Source of the DNA: Escherichia phage PHB12
Sequence record: MK524178.1
Reading direction: 5' to 3' (one strand)
Length of the DNA stretch: 64,000 bases
Below, piece after piece: positions 29,390 through 39,014 of the stretch (positions within the stretch are counted from its first letter, which is position 1; each line of letters opens with the position of its first letter). The position numbers were made by a program, and so were the translations under genes. Below the pieces are notes generated by a model. That model worked only from the letters and a program-made list of their open reading frames with translations. It ran no database searches and had not been told where the DNA came from.

Positions 29390-31603
29390 TTATTTGGCCG
29401 CTTCCACGGCCTTCATGAATTTAACGATTTGAGCGACCTGTTCTTTAGAAAGAGTACCACGTCGTCCCATGTATTCTGACACAATATGATAATTGGTTTC
29501 AAATTCAATAACCATTTTATCATCATTATCGTAAGCATTATCTTTAAGCTTATCGAAAATTTTAGCACACAATTCTAACTTCCTGTTCAGGTCTCTGTTA
29601 TCAGCACCTGCGAATCGATTCCATCCCCAACGATTATTTACTGTTGAAAGTTTTGCAAAATCTTTACTGATTTCTTTGTTCTTAGAGCTAAAATACTTAC
29701 TGAGGAAGTTAAGCTCTTCATTACGAGTAATATGATTCAAATAAGGCTGTGCTCTACGACTTGGTGATACATACTCATCATAATCCACTTTATCAATTAG
29801 CGTAATATAGTCATTAATTGATTTTTCGAACAAGCATTCTACTTCACCAAGTTTACGAACTTTCTTAGCAATCTGTGGACGGACTACAGTGAACTCTTTA
29901 ATACCTGACAAATCAGCAATACGGGTCAAGAAATTAGAATCATAGTTCAACCAACCTTTATCCGCGTCAAGACATTCAGCGTTAGAACGATTACGAATTA
30001 CAACATAACCTTGGATTTCATCAGCTTTACCGGCCGGAATAAAGAGATCTTCTGATACCCAAACATCGTTTTCATTCTTAAAGAACCGATGAGCACTTGG
30101 GGATTTAGGACGAGGCTGCGATGAACGTTCTTTAACTTCAATCCACGGTTTAACTAATGCAAGAATTTCAGAGGTCTTATAAAATTTAAGGCTATCACCA
30201 GCGAAAATAACCTTTAATCGTTCTAGAAGTTTCATTGCAACTTCATCTTCCGGATTAACGAATAATACGCTACTACCCCATCCGGAAGGAACCTTATCAA
30301 CGAGTGTTGATGCATCGGTGGAAGTCAAAGCATCGTTCAGAGCACGCATCATTGGTACACGGCCTTTCACATCGTCAATAACAATATCAATATGCTTACG
30401 ACTAATACCTAGCAGGCTATTAATTGAAATAGTTGAAGACGAGCTTCCGCTTTCACGAATACGACGAAGTCGTGGGTCTGAAACGATATCATATACAACG
30501 CCAAGGTTGCACCATTCAGGTCCCATTTTAAAACGTTTGTACAACTCAGAATAAGTTAGCTGTTCTTTAGAATATTTCAGTGATTCAATATTAGAACCAG
30601 CTTTTTCCATGTATTTACGAGCAGAGTAACCAAGAGAATCGATTTCACGGAATACATGACGTGGATATTCACAATCAATCCATTTCTTAGAATCTTCAGC
30701 AAATAATTTTGCATCGATTTCTGCAACACGTTTATGGATATTTGCTACTGTACGTTTATCAAATGACAATGCTTCACGAGACGGGGCTACATCTAGTTCA
30801 CCCATAGGGAATTTAATATAAGCTGTAGTGCATCGCGTCATCATCCATGTTTGTTCTTTAATAACACTTCCGATTGGATATACAATACCACCATAAACAG
30901 CCATGATATTACCACGTTCACCCCATGGAGCTTCCTTGGCCAAATATACATCATCGAATTCCTGGAAGTATTTGATATCTTTAACACCACGAACTTCTGC
31001 AATATCGCCGAGAGGACGCATAACATAAGCAATTTCGGATGCGAACTTTTCAAAATCTTCCGGGTTAACAGGCACAACTACTTCAACGCCGGTCCGGTCA
31101 TCAGGACCCATCTTATCTACAAAGGTTGGCTTAATCTGTGGACCTGTGTCATCTTGATAAATTACATAACCACGAACTTCACCGTTGTGATAAGACGTAA
31201 GGTTAAACGTATCGGTATATGCTAGTGGAGCTTTAGAACCGAGTCCGAATCCACCAATGAAATCGTTACTCGATGTTTTAGTTGAAGCAAAATATGAGTT
31301 ATAGATTCCTGGCTCTTCATCATTACCTCGAATGGTGAAATCACTCATACCAGGACCAAAGTCTCGAACTACAAAACGTGGGTCTAAACGACCTGGAGCC
31401 TGAACAATAAACTTATCAGTGCAACCATTAAGAATTTGTCCATCGATACAGTTTGTGATTAATTCACGTACACAAGCCAATTCTTTGTTTGTATAAAGGT
31501 CATTAGACAAAATCTTATAAACTTTGCTATTGCCTTGAATAGTAAATGCTGTGCTCTTACCGCCTGAACCAATAATCGTTTCTTTAGCCGTTTCAATAAT
31601 CAT
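29390..31603 (-). CDS. rIIA: rIIA protein (GHKL-type ATPase fold)
   Basis: 737 aa; MIIETAKETIIGSGGKSTAFTIQGNSKVYKILSNDLYTNKELACVRELITNCIDG; T4 rIIA-like. Confidence 0.95.
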   Translation of the reverse strand: MIIETAKETIIGSGGKSTAFTIQGNSKVYKILSNDLYTNKELACVRELITNCIDGQILNGCTDKFIVQAPGRLDPRFVVRDFGPGMSDFTIRGNDEEPGIYNSYFASTKTSSNDFIGGFGLGSKAPLAYTDTFNLTSYHNGEVRGYVIYQDDTGPQIKPTFVDKMGPDDRTGVEVVVPVNPEDFEKFASEIAYVMRPLGDIAEVRGVKDIKYFQEFDDVYLAKEAPWGERGNIMAVYGGIVYPIGSVIKEQTWMMTRCTTAYIKFPMGELDVAPSREALSFDKRTVANIHKRVAEIDAKLFAEDSKKWIDCEYPRHVFREIDSLGYSARKYMEKAGSNIESLKYSKEQLTYSELYKRFKMGPEWCNLGVVYDIVSDPRLRRIRESGSSSSTISINSLLGISRKHIDIVIDDVKGRVPMMRALNDALTSTDASTLVDKVPSGWGSSVLFVNPEDEVAMKLLERLKVIFAGDSLKFYKTSEILALVKPWIEVKERSSQPRPKSPSAHRFFKNENDVWVSEDLFIPAGKADEIQGYVVIRNRSNAECLDADKGWLNYDSNFLTRIADLSGIKEFTVVRPQIAKKVRKLGEVECLFEKSINDYITLIDKVDYDEYVSPSRRAQPYLNHITRNEELNFLSKYFSSKNKEISKDFAKLSTVNNRWGWNRFAGADNRDLNRKLELCAKIFDKLKDNAYDNDDKMVIEFETNYHIVSEYMGRRGTLSKEQVAQIVKFMKAVEAAK

Positions 31604-31615
31604 ATTTTTCTCTCA

Positions 31616-31816
31616 TCACAAGTTACGTTTAAAAATTTCTGCTACTTCAAGAAGTTCTTCTTTAGTAGCTGTATCGGTTTGTATTTTATATCGAATTTCC
31701 TTAAAGCGTTCTTTAAAGGCTTCAGCTGACTCGATATCAAAAAATCTTTGGATAAGCCGGAATTCCCGGAGCACCGCTTTATCAAAAAGGTCCAAGTCCA
31801 CGTTATATGTTCTCAT
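31616..31816 (-). CDS. Hypothetical protein (rIIA.1 position)
   Basis: 66 aa ORF immediately upstream of rIIA. Confidence 0.5.
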   Translation of the reverse strand: MRTYNVDLDLFDKAVLREFRLIQRFFDIESAEAFKERFKEIRYKIQTDTATKEELLEVAEIFKRNL

Positions 31817-31841
31817 AATATTCTCTTCAGTAGATTCCTAG

Positions 31842-31892
31842 GGCACTATTACTAAAGACCATATAATCTATCATCTTATGTGTAATAGTGCC
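31842..31892. repeat. Perfect 11-bp inverted repeat GGCACTATTAC / GTAATAGTGCC separated by 29 bp
   Basis: Read directly from sequence; lies in the 92-bp gap between the glycosyltransferase gene and rIIA.1. Confidence 0.8.
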
Positions 31893-31908
31893 TCAGGCGA
31901 TTCAGGAT

Positions 31909-33009
31909 TTACGCTGTGAAGATTTTATCCCACATCGCAACAACTGCATCTCGGTTATACTTCTTCCATACTGCTTCAGCACGTTTAACTCGAGCTTCGT
32001 ATGTGTCAGTGAATTCTAATACAGCTTTTGTGTAAAGCGCAACTACTTCTTTCTTAGGAGTAGAGGAATCAATTTCTACACGCACAGTATCTGGGTCGTA
32101 TTCAAATGTCGCATGAGGATAATCCTTAAAAACTAACTGGATTACAGGGACACCTTTAGAGATGGCTTCAATAGAACTATTCTCTACCGTACCTGTGTTA
32201 GGACACGTATTAATAAGTGCTTTAGCTGTTTTAAGACGTTCCATGATTTCACTGTGTGGAGCATCAATAATAACAGGATATTTAGCTGGTGGTGCCCATT
32301 TGCTTGGACAGTATCCTACACCATTTTCGCCTAGTGCTTTAATCGCTTCAAGAGCAACATCAGTACGACGCATTTTAGTGTCATAACGTTGTGCACTAAT
32401 AATCAGATCAGTCGCCGGAAGAACTTCAGGTTTCTCATTCAAACAAATAACCGGATAATCTTCGGCTTCAAACAACGGATTTGCTCGCCAATAATCATAA
32501 TCAATTTTGTCAGTCAGACCTGAAGTCATATAACAATATTTGCGTTCAAATTCACGGAAGGCTTTAGTAGGAGCATAACTCTTACCACCATTCTTATGAA
32601 TTTGAATAGTCTGGTCCCAAATTTGAACAATGCCACGAGATACAGGTTCAAATGGTGTTGCCATAAAATTCTTATGAACTTTAGAGAGACCTGCGTCTTT
32701 AATTGCCTGAACGGTTAGTTTAGTCGGTTCCATAGTAACAACAAAATCGTATTCATGGATGCCGGCTAGTTCAACAATCTTACGAGCCATAGTATAACTC
32801 ATACCTAGACTGAATTTAGTCAGATGACCAACAGGATGGTGTGTAACTTTCCAGTCACCAAACGTGTCATTATCAAAACCGATATAATCAATATCAGCAC
32901 CAATAGAAACTAAATATTTCAACACATTTAAATGTACTGCTTCAAGGCCACCTTGTACACGGTCAGGATTAAATGGGACTGCACGAGATGGGATAAACAT
33001 AACTTTCAT
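31909..33009 (-). CDS. GT-B fold glycosyltransferase (candidate DNA hmC pentosyl/arabinosyl-transferase)
   Basis: 366 aa; C-terminal ...TGTVENSSIEAISKGVPVIQ fits the GT-B E-x7-E/GxPVI donor-binding signature; occupies the slot where T4 has gene 60/mobA. Confidence 0.7.
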   Translation of the reverse strand: MKVMFIPSRAVPFNPDRVQGGLEAVHLNVLKYLVSIGADIDYIGFDNDTFGDWKVTHHPVGHLTKFSLGMSYTMARKIVELAGIHEYDFVVTMEPTKLTVQAIKDAGLSKVHKNFMATPFEPVSRGIVQIWDQTIQIHKNGGKSYAPTKAFREFERKYCYMTSGLTDKIDYDYWRANPLFEAEDYPVICLNEKPEVLPATDLIISAQRYDTKMRRTDVALEAIKALGENGVGYCPSKWAPPAKYPVIIDAPHSEIMERLKTAKALINTCPNTGTVENSSIEAISKGVPVIQLVFKDYPHATFEYDPDTVRVEIDSSTPKKEVVALYTKAVLEFTDTYEARVKRAEAVWKKYNRDAVVAMWDKIFTA

Positions 33010-33034
33010 AATTAAGCCTTATTAAATTAAAATG

Positions 33035-33052
33035 AAGCTCCCGAAGGAGCTT
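33035..33052 (-). terminator. UUCG-tetraloop hairpin overlapping gene 39 stop codon
   Basis: AAGCUCC-UUCG-GGAGCUU on minus strand followed by CAUUUUAAUUU. Confidence 0.5.
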
Positions 33053-34868
33053 AGGACATCCATTCTTTACGAAGTTCTGAATCATCACCCAACAACATTT
33101 CAAAGAGTTCTTTCCAATTTTCAGGAAGTTTAACTACGTCGTACACAGGGTTTTGAATCATTTCACGATATTCTGACTTTTCAAGGGAGCCCAATCCCTT
33201 GATGTATCGAATACTATGCTTAGGCAGTGTATCTTTAGCTTCTTCATACTCAGCTACAGTATAAAACCATTTTTGAGTTTTGCCAATTTGTGCAATAATT
33301 ACAGGCGTTTTAACAAAGCGAATACGTCCTTGTTCAAACAATTCAGGCCAATTACTAAAGAAAGCAAGCAAAGCCGGATAAATACTTCCAAGACCGTCAT
33401 GATCGGCATCGGTCATAATTGCAATATTACGATAGTTCGTATTCTCTGCCTTTTCACCAAGAATAAGACCTGTGATAGCACAGATATCAAAGAGCTCTTT
33501 GTTCTTCATCATATCAGCATATGACATACCCCAGCTATTCATTACCTTACCACGTAATGGGAACCCGCCGTGTAGTTCACGGTCACGAACATCAATGAGA
33601 TAACCAATTGCCGAATCACCTTCTGTTAAAAACAATGTCGTATCTGCATCTTTACCACATTGGTTAGCTTTAATATGCTTATGAACCTTAGCTTTAGTTG
33701 CCTTTTTAGCTGCTTTAGTTTCTGCAGCCTTTTCTGCTGCCAATTTACGAGCTAATGCTGCTTCAACAATAGGCATAATCAAGGCTTCGTTTTTAAGAAG
33801 TGCCTGAGCAATTTTCTTAGTATCTAATTGGATATGATTACGAATATCACCATACGTTGACGTTAAACGTTCTTTAGTCTGAGAATCAAAACGCATGTTG
33901 CTCATGTCTCTAATAAACATCAACATTGTGAGACATTCTTTAACACGAGCTTTAGTGACTTCAATACCCTTATATTTCTTTTTAATACCAGGCAAAAGAT
34001 GTTCGCAGATATCATCCATTACACATTCAACGTGATGACCGCCATTTTTAGTATGGATGTTATTCACATAAGTTAAATGTCGGAAGCCATCTGGTGATGT
34101 TGTGAATGCTATAGAGACTTTATCATTTTCTTGAATGATGTTATCTTCGCCAAATTGTTTAGCAAATCGTTTAAAATTACCATCAACCTTTTTACCATTA
34201 AATGTGAACTTGATATCAGGATAAACGACTGCCAATGTTTGAAGTCGGTCTAAAGTAATATCTAAATAAATTTGAGATAAATTATGCTCTTCAAATGAAG
34301 AGAAATCAGGAGTGAAGATTACTTTAGTGCCTTTACCTTTAGATTTCTTAGAAGACCATGATTTGTTTTCCATTCCGTTTGAACAGTTAACAGTGATTTC
34401 ATTTTCGCCATCTGACGTGATGCCTGTAAACAACGTAGAGAAGATATTAGTTAAACTACTCCCGACGCCGTTCATACCACCAGTCTTACGTTCAGAGTCA
34501 TCGCCAAAGTTACCACCAGCCTTTGGAATAGTCCAGGCTGCTACAGGCCCAGGAATTTGTTCACCTGTTTGGTCGGTAACTAAACCTTGAGGAATACCAC
34601 GCCCGTTATCTTCCACCGAAACTTGATTATTTTTAATTTGCACATCAATTTTATTTGCAAACTTAAATGATGTACGAATAGCTTCATCAACCGAGTTGTC
34701 AATAATCTCATCGATTAATTTAACCAGACCAGGAACATATTCAACTTGTTGATATTTACCAAACAAAAAACGCTCGTGGGCTTCTTTGGCCGAAGAACCA
34801 ATATACATGCCACTACGTTTCTTAATATGTTCTACATCTGACAATACCTTAATTTCATTTTTAATCAT
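33051..34868 (-). CDS. 39: DNA topoisomerase II large subunit (uninterrupted gene 39; no separate gene 60)
   Basis: 605 aa; GyrB-like ATPase and Toprim motifs; single ORF as in T2-type phages rather than T4 split 39/60. Confidence 0.95.
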   Translation of the reverse strand: MIKNEIKVLSDVEHIKKRSGMYIGSSAKEAHERFLFGKYQQVEYVPGLVKLIDEIIDNSVDEAIRTSFKFANKIDVQIKNNQVSVEDNGRGIPQGLVTDQTGEQIPGPVAAWTIPKAGGNFGDDSERKTGGMNGVGSSLTNIFSTLFTGITSDGENEITVNCSNGMENKSWSSKKSKGKGTKVIFTPDFSSFEEHNLSQIYLDITLDRLQTLAVVYPDIKFTFNGKKVDGNFKRFAKQFGEDNIIQENDKVSIAFTTSPDGFRHLTYVNNIHTKNGGHHVECVMDDICEHLLPGIKKKYKGIEVTKARVKECLTMLMFIRDMSNMRFDSQTKERLTSTYGDIRNHIQLDTKKIAQALLKNEALIMPIVEAALARKLAAEKAAETKAAKKATKAKVHKHIKANQCGKDADTTLFLTEGDSAIGYLIDVRDRELHGGFPLRGKVMNSWGMSYADMMKNKELFDICAITGLILGEKAENTNYRNIAIMTDADHDGLGSIYPALLAFFSNWPELFEQGRIRFVKTPVIIAQIGKTQKWFYTVAEYEEAKDTLPKHSIRYIKGLGSLEKSEYREMIQNPVYDVVKLPENWKELFEMLLGDDSELRKEWMS

Positions 34869-34917
34869 GTTGTCTCCTCGTTATGAAGGTATTCTATCAT
34901 CCGAAATCTAAAGCAAA

Positions 34918-34933
34918 AAGGGCCGAAGCCCTT
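34918..34933 (-). terminator. UUCG-tetraloop hairpin terminator (AAGGGC-UUCG-GCCCUU then UUUUUG)
   Basis: Overlaps the stop codon of ORF 34932-35357; U-run follows on minus strand. Confidence 0.55.
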
Positions 34934-35357
34934 ATTTAAATTTAATTTTCTGAAGTGCATCAATTGCAGCCAAACGCCCTTGTTCACTTTTAACTGTAAT
35001 GACCACATCACCTGATACGATCACCGAACCATCAACAAATTCTACAGAGCCTTTTTTGAAATCGACAGATGTATCTGGTTCCGGAACTTCTTCAAAGAAT
35101 TTAAATTCTGCACCATAAAGCAGAATATCACCTTGCATACTATGAATAGTTCGGCCATAATCGCCTACGGCTTCTACGGCAATAACCGAAACGCCGTAAC
35201 CAATCATCTCTTCCACAATAAAATCTTTGGACAATAAAGTAGTATGCAGATTAGTATTAAGACGTTTACCAGTCGTATTAAGAATTCTCAAGAAATTATC
35301 TTCCTGTCCTTTGATAATACGATATTTCTTACCAACTTCAAAACCTTTAAAAGCCAT
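34932..35357 (-). CDS. Hypothetical protein (T4 goF position)
   Basis: 141 aa ORF immediately upstream of gene 39. Confidence 0.4.
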   Translation of the reverse strand: MAFKGFEVGKKYRIIKGQEDNFLRILNTTGKRLNTNLHTTLLSKDFIVEEMIGYGVSVIAVEAVGDYGRTIHSMQGDILLYGAEFKFFEEVPEPDTSVDFKKGSVEFVDGSVIVSGDVVITVKSEQGRLAAIDALQKIKFK

Positions 35358-35359
35358 AA

Positions 35360-35539
35360 TTAACCCTTCTTAAGTAAGTCGTAAAAACCACCGTTCACAT
35401 GTTTAGGAGCAGAAACCCGACGAGTAGACAGACGATGACATTCAGGGCAAACATCGTTTTCTCGTTCAGAAATTCTTTTAATTTTTTCATATTCATGGCC
35501 ACAATCTTCAGATTGACATTTATAGTCGTATAACGGCAT
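35360..35539 (-). CDS. Putative zinc-ribbon protein (59 aa)
   Basis: Manual translation MPLYDYKCQSEDCGHEYEKIKRISERENDVCPECHRL...; two CxxC pairs (FmdB-like zinc ribbon). Confidence 0.45.
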   Translation of the reverse strand: MPLYDYKCQSEDCGHEYEKIKRISERENDVCPECHRLSTRRVSAPKHVNGGFYDLLKKG

Positions 35540-35541
35540 TA

Positions 35542-35952
35542 TTATTCCTTAAAATGTGCTTTCAACATTTGATACAAAGACCATGCCTGGTCGTTATTTT
35601 CGATAGTAATCGTCATCACCGGAAATTCAGACAATTCGCCAAGTTCACCAGAATCTTGCTCTTCGGACGCTTGATATGGATTTCCCACTTCATCAAAAAA
35701 CTCTGCTTCACTAGTAGAGAGCCAGATAAAGTTTTCATCAAGGATATCACCGCCTGTTGCGTATCCAACCGTGCCAGTAGATGTCACAATTTTAGTAGGA
35801 CGACCAAGATGGTCAACATCTAATACTTTAAATGGTTCCATGCCAAGACGTCGTGCATAAATCCCATTATCAGTGTGGTTTTTAATAAACTCTTTTTGGG
35901 TACGTTTATCTTTAAATTGGTACCATGAGTTAACGCGGAATTTATTAGCCAT
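35542..35952 (-). CDS. Hypothetical protein
   Basis: Start taken at internal ATG ([10 protein letters not shown]...) giving ATGA coupling with upstream ORF. Confidence 0.45.
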   Translation of the reverse strand: MANKFRVNSWYQFKDKRTQKEFIKNHTDNGIYARRLGMEPFKVLDVDHLGRPTKIVTSTGTVGYATGGDILDENFIWLSTSEAEFFDEVGNPYQASEEQDSGELGELSEFPVMTITIENNDQAWSLYQMLKAHFKE

Positions 35953-36179
35953 TAGTAAGTTTCCTTCCAATAAGTTGTACCGTTTTCAGTGATTTCACGG
36001 AAGATACCATAGATAGGCATTTCGTCACCGAGTTTTTCGTAAACGTAAACCACTTCGGTGTAGCATAAAAATTCGGTCCAGTTTTTCTGTACAACAACTA
36101 AATCAGGATTAAACAGAACATCTTCAAACTCATCGATGTTTGAATCAGTAGTTACGTTTTTAATGATTTGACGTTTCAT
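35952..36179 (-). CDS. Hypothetical protein
   Basis: 75 aa from ATG 36179 preceded by SD GAGGAGAA. Confidence 0.4.
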   Translation of the reverse strand: MKRQIIKNVTTDSNIDEFEDVLFNPDLVVVQKNWTEFLCYTEVVYVYEKLGDEMPIYGIFREITENGTTYWKETY

Positions 36180-36236
36180 AATATTCTCCTCTTGTTTTGA
36201 TAGGTCTATAGTATCATAGACCATAGTTGTTGTACA

Positions 36237-36761
36237 TCATTTTAGCAAAATAAAATCAACTTGTTCTGCCAATGAACGTCTAAACATTAATTGACAACTT
36301 CCGAGGATGAAATCAGGTGCTTCATAGACCGCGATGTAGTATCCTTTAGCTTTCAAGAGTTCAACATCCACCTGGTCATCAAACCATGCATAAACCGCGT
36401 CAACACTTTCAAATCCAAAATAGAACCCTTGGGCCCAATCTTCACTCAATTCAAATGTGTGCTCAATTCTATAGTATCTTAAGATATTTTGTTCAAGGAG
36501 TTTGTCTTCATTTACTGTAGGACGATTAGGGACATTATAGTTGTCACCGTGATGGTAGAAGTTACCTGAGATTATTCCATGTTTATCAAGGAACTCCCAT
36601 GTTTCTTCAGAGTTGTCGGTGCCCGACCAACCGTATGGTGAACGAGGTTCTTTATTCCAAGAGGTTTCCCAAATTCTGACGGCTTTACCGTCTTCGATAG
36701 CAATTCCTGGTAATGATTCACGTTGAGTACAAAAACTACGTTCTACACGATAAACTAACAT
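36237..36761 (-). CDS. Hypothetical protein
   Basis: 174 aa from ATG 36761 (MLVYRVERSF...) preceded by SD GAGGAGAA and an early promoter. Confidence 0.45.
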   Translation of the reverse strand: MLVYRVERSFCTQRESLPGIAIEDGKAVRIWETSWNKEPRSPYGWSGTDNSEETWEFLDKHGIISGNFYHHGDNYNVPNRPTVNEDKLLEQNILRYYRIEHTFELSEDWAQGFYFGFESVDAVYAWFDDQVDVELLKAKGYYIAVYEAPDFILGSCQLMFRRSLAEQVDFILLK

Positions 36762-36787
36762 ATTATTCTCCTCTGGTTGATATGGGT

Positions 36788-36816
36788 ATAATATCAAAAC
36801 CAGAGGAGAAGTAAAC
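36788..36816 (-). promoter_or_regulatory. Early promoter
   Basis: Minus-strand GTTTAC, 17 bp, TATTAT, upstream of ORF 36237-36761. Confidence 0.6.
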
Positions 36817-36820
36817 AACT

Positions 36821-37240
36821 TTATGCGAAAGCAGCTGGGGTATATTTTTTAATTTGGAATTCAGGAACTACCATGAACTGACCAGCGAAAACGATGTTAT
36901 AAAGCTTAACACCATCTTCAACCCATTGGTCGCTGATAAATCCGGCGATTTGCTTAGTTTTCCACGGTGTTCCATCAGTTGCCGCAGCAATAGTGAATTC
37001 ATGGTCTTTTTCAACAGAAACTGATCTGCATAGTCCCCATTTGAACGCTTTTTCTTCTGGTTCAATGAATTGGCTTGAGACGTAGCCAATATTACCATTA
37101 GCATCACGAACTTTAACTTGGTTACGACCAAAAACCGGATCACTCACAGAAAGAACTTCAACCAACTTCCCGGCAACTTTAGAGCGAGAAGCAACAGATA
37201 CATATACGTAATCACCTGTAGAGAGATTTACAATATTCAT
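36821..37240 (-). CDS. Paralog family member 1 (DQWVEDG C-terminal motif)
   Basis: 139 aa; shares N-terminal SRSKVAGKLVEV and C-terminal GFISDQWVEDGVKLYNIVF with the next ORF. Confidence 0.5.
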   Translation of the reverse strand: MNIVNLSTGDYVYVSVASRSKVAGKLVEVLSVSDPVFGRNQVKVRDANGNIGYVSSQFIEPEEKAFKWGLCRSVSVEKDHEFTIAAATDGTPWKTKQIAGFISDQWVEDGVKLYNIVFAGQFMVVPEFQIKKYTPAAFA

Positions 37241-37249
37241 AATAATTCC

Positions 37250-37705
37250 TTAAGCTTTACGAGGAGACACATAGCGAGTGATTTCAGATTCTTTAACAAC
37301 TCGGAAGTCACCTAAGAATACGATATTGTATAACTTTTCACCATCTTCAACCCATTGGTCACTAATGAAGCCACACATAGTATCAGTTTTGCTTGGATAA
37401 CCGTATTCATCGATGAAGTCAAATTCTTTATCAGTCTGGAATTCAACGCCTTTGCAAAGGGCCCATTTGAACTGTACATTAGGTTCAGTGGAAGCAAAAT
37501 GAGCGCTCACAGGAGTTTCCAAGAATTTAGGACTTACGTAAGCGTACTGAGTATCCTGACGTCCAAAACTAGGAATGATTCGAACTTTAACTTCTTTAAT
37601 ACGTCCCATGCCATTTGTGCGAAGTCCGATAACTTCAACCAGACGACCTGCGGCTTTAGACCGGGATGCAATTGATACACGCTTAATTTCACCAATAGTA
37701 ATCAT
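37250..37705 (-). CDS. Paralog family member 2
   Basis: 151 aa; SRSKAAGRLVEV ... GFISDQWVEDGEKLYNIVF. Confidence 0.5.
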   Translation of the reverse strand: MITIGEIKRVSIASRSKAAGRLVEVIGLRTNGMGRIKEVKVRIIPSFGRQDTQYAYVSPKFLETPVSAHFASTEPNVQFKWALCKGVEFQTDKEFDFIDEYGYPSKTDTMCGFISDQWVEDGEKLYNIVFLGDFRVVKESEITRYVSPRKA

Positions 37706-37766
37706 AATTTCTCTCTCTTTGTTAAATTGAATTCACTATACTCCATCCGTCCTTGGATGTACAACA

Positions 37767-38261
37767 TTAATTAAGGATATTAACCACAGCACTACGTGGA
37801 ACTACACTAAAATCACTTGAGTGAACAACGTTCAGAAGTTCAACACCGTCTTCAATCCATTGGTCAGTTACCCATCCATTTACTGGACCAGCGAATGGGC
37901 GTCGAATTGAAACATATTTACACAATAAATCAGTAGGCTCAATAGGCTTAATCAGAGTACCGTACATACAAGCGATATCCATATCAATACAGATGTCTTT
38001 AACGGGTTCTACTTCTTCAATCAACAGTTCAAAGTCGGTGCTTGGGATGGCAGTAGTAGAAATTGTACCGTATGAATTTTTAATTTCTAAGAATAACCAA
38101 GGGCCTTCAGCTTGTTTAATGAAGTTAACAATAGTGAAACTATTACCTTGAGTGGCACCTAAAATTTCACAAAACTTTTCATAAGCTCGCACTGAAGCAC
38201 CGTACCAGTTGATTTGTTTTTCGTCTTTCAGGATGTAAGTAGCCGTAGTATTGATATTCAT
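37767..38261 (-). CDS. Paralog family member 3 (more divergent)
   Basis: 164 aa; C-terminal GWVTDQWIEDGVELLNVV aligned with members 1 and 2. Confidence 0.5.
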   Translation of the reverse strand: MNINTTATYILKDEKQINWYGASVRAYEKFCEILGATQGNSFTIVNFIKQAEGPWLFLEIKNSYGTISTTAIPSTDFELLIEEVEPVKDICIDMDIACMYGTLIKPIEPTDLLCKYVSIRRPFAGPVNGWVTDQWIEDGVELLNVVHSSDFSVVPRSAVVNILN

Positions 38262-38327
38262 AATGTTTTTCCTGTTTGGTTAAGATAGAAAGATTATACT
38301 CCAACCATCCTTGGTTGTAAACTGGTT

Positions 38328-39005
38328 TTATCGCTGTTTTACACTTAACGGGTCAGGATTCTCAGGGACATCTTCAAGGCCAAGCGCATAACGCTGAGCA
38401 TATTTTAACATCAAAATATCTTTAGCACAATCATGAATACTATCATGGGCAACGAATCCTTTTAACGTACCCATCGGTAATGGACACATACTTAATCCTC
38501 GTGTCAACGAGTAAGCTTCGATTGCCGTACGAATATCGCGTTGAGCCCAGAATTTAACTGGTTCTAAGTTATCAGTATCGATCTCTGGTTCAAGAACACC
38601 TTCATCACGATAGAGGTCACGAATCAAATCGACCAAGATCGGGAAGTCAAAGCTCATACCACGGCACCACATCTGTGATTTCCATTGGTCGACTTTATTA
38701 GCTCGGCAATAGTCTAAAAAGATTTTAATACCTTCAAGCGTAGTGACATCGTCTTCAGACGGAGCCAAGTTTTTACGTGCTTCAGCCGATTGTTCTTTCC
38801 ACCATTTCATAGTGGATTTAGCGAAAACTCGCTTCCCTTTCTGAGAAGCTAAATTAAATTTAATTCGCTTACCTCGTTGAACAAGTTCTTCAAATGATTC
38901 AACAACTTCAGGGTCGGAATTATATGCAATAACCGCAAGGTCAATAACAGCCGCTTTTGATGTATTGCCGAATGTTTCAAAATCTATAATAACATCAGTG
39001 CTCAT
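38328..39005 (-). CDS. dexA: Exonuclease A
   Basis: 225 aa; MSTDVIIDFETFGNTSKAAVIDLAVIAYN (DEDD-like); T4 synteny upstream of dda. Confidence 0.9.
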   Translation of the reverse strand: MSTDVIIDFETFGNTSKAAVIDLAVIAYNSDPEVVESFEELVQRGKRIKFNLASQKGKRVFAKSTMKWWKEQSAEARKNLAPSEDDVTTLEGIKIFLDYCRANKVDQWKSQMWCRGMSFDFPILVDLIRDLYRDEGVLEPEIDTDNLEPVKFWAQRDIRTAIEAYSLTRGLSMCPLPMGTLKGFVAHDSIHDCAKDILMLKYAQRYALGLEDVPENPDPLSVKQR

Positions 39006-39014
39006 AATTTTCTC

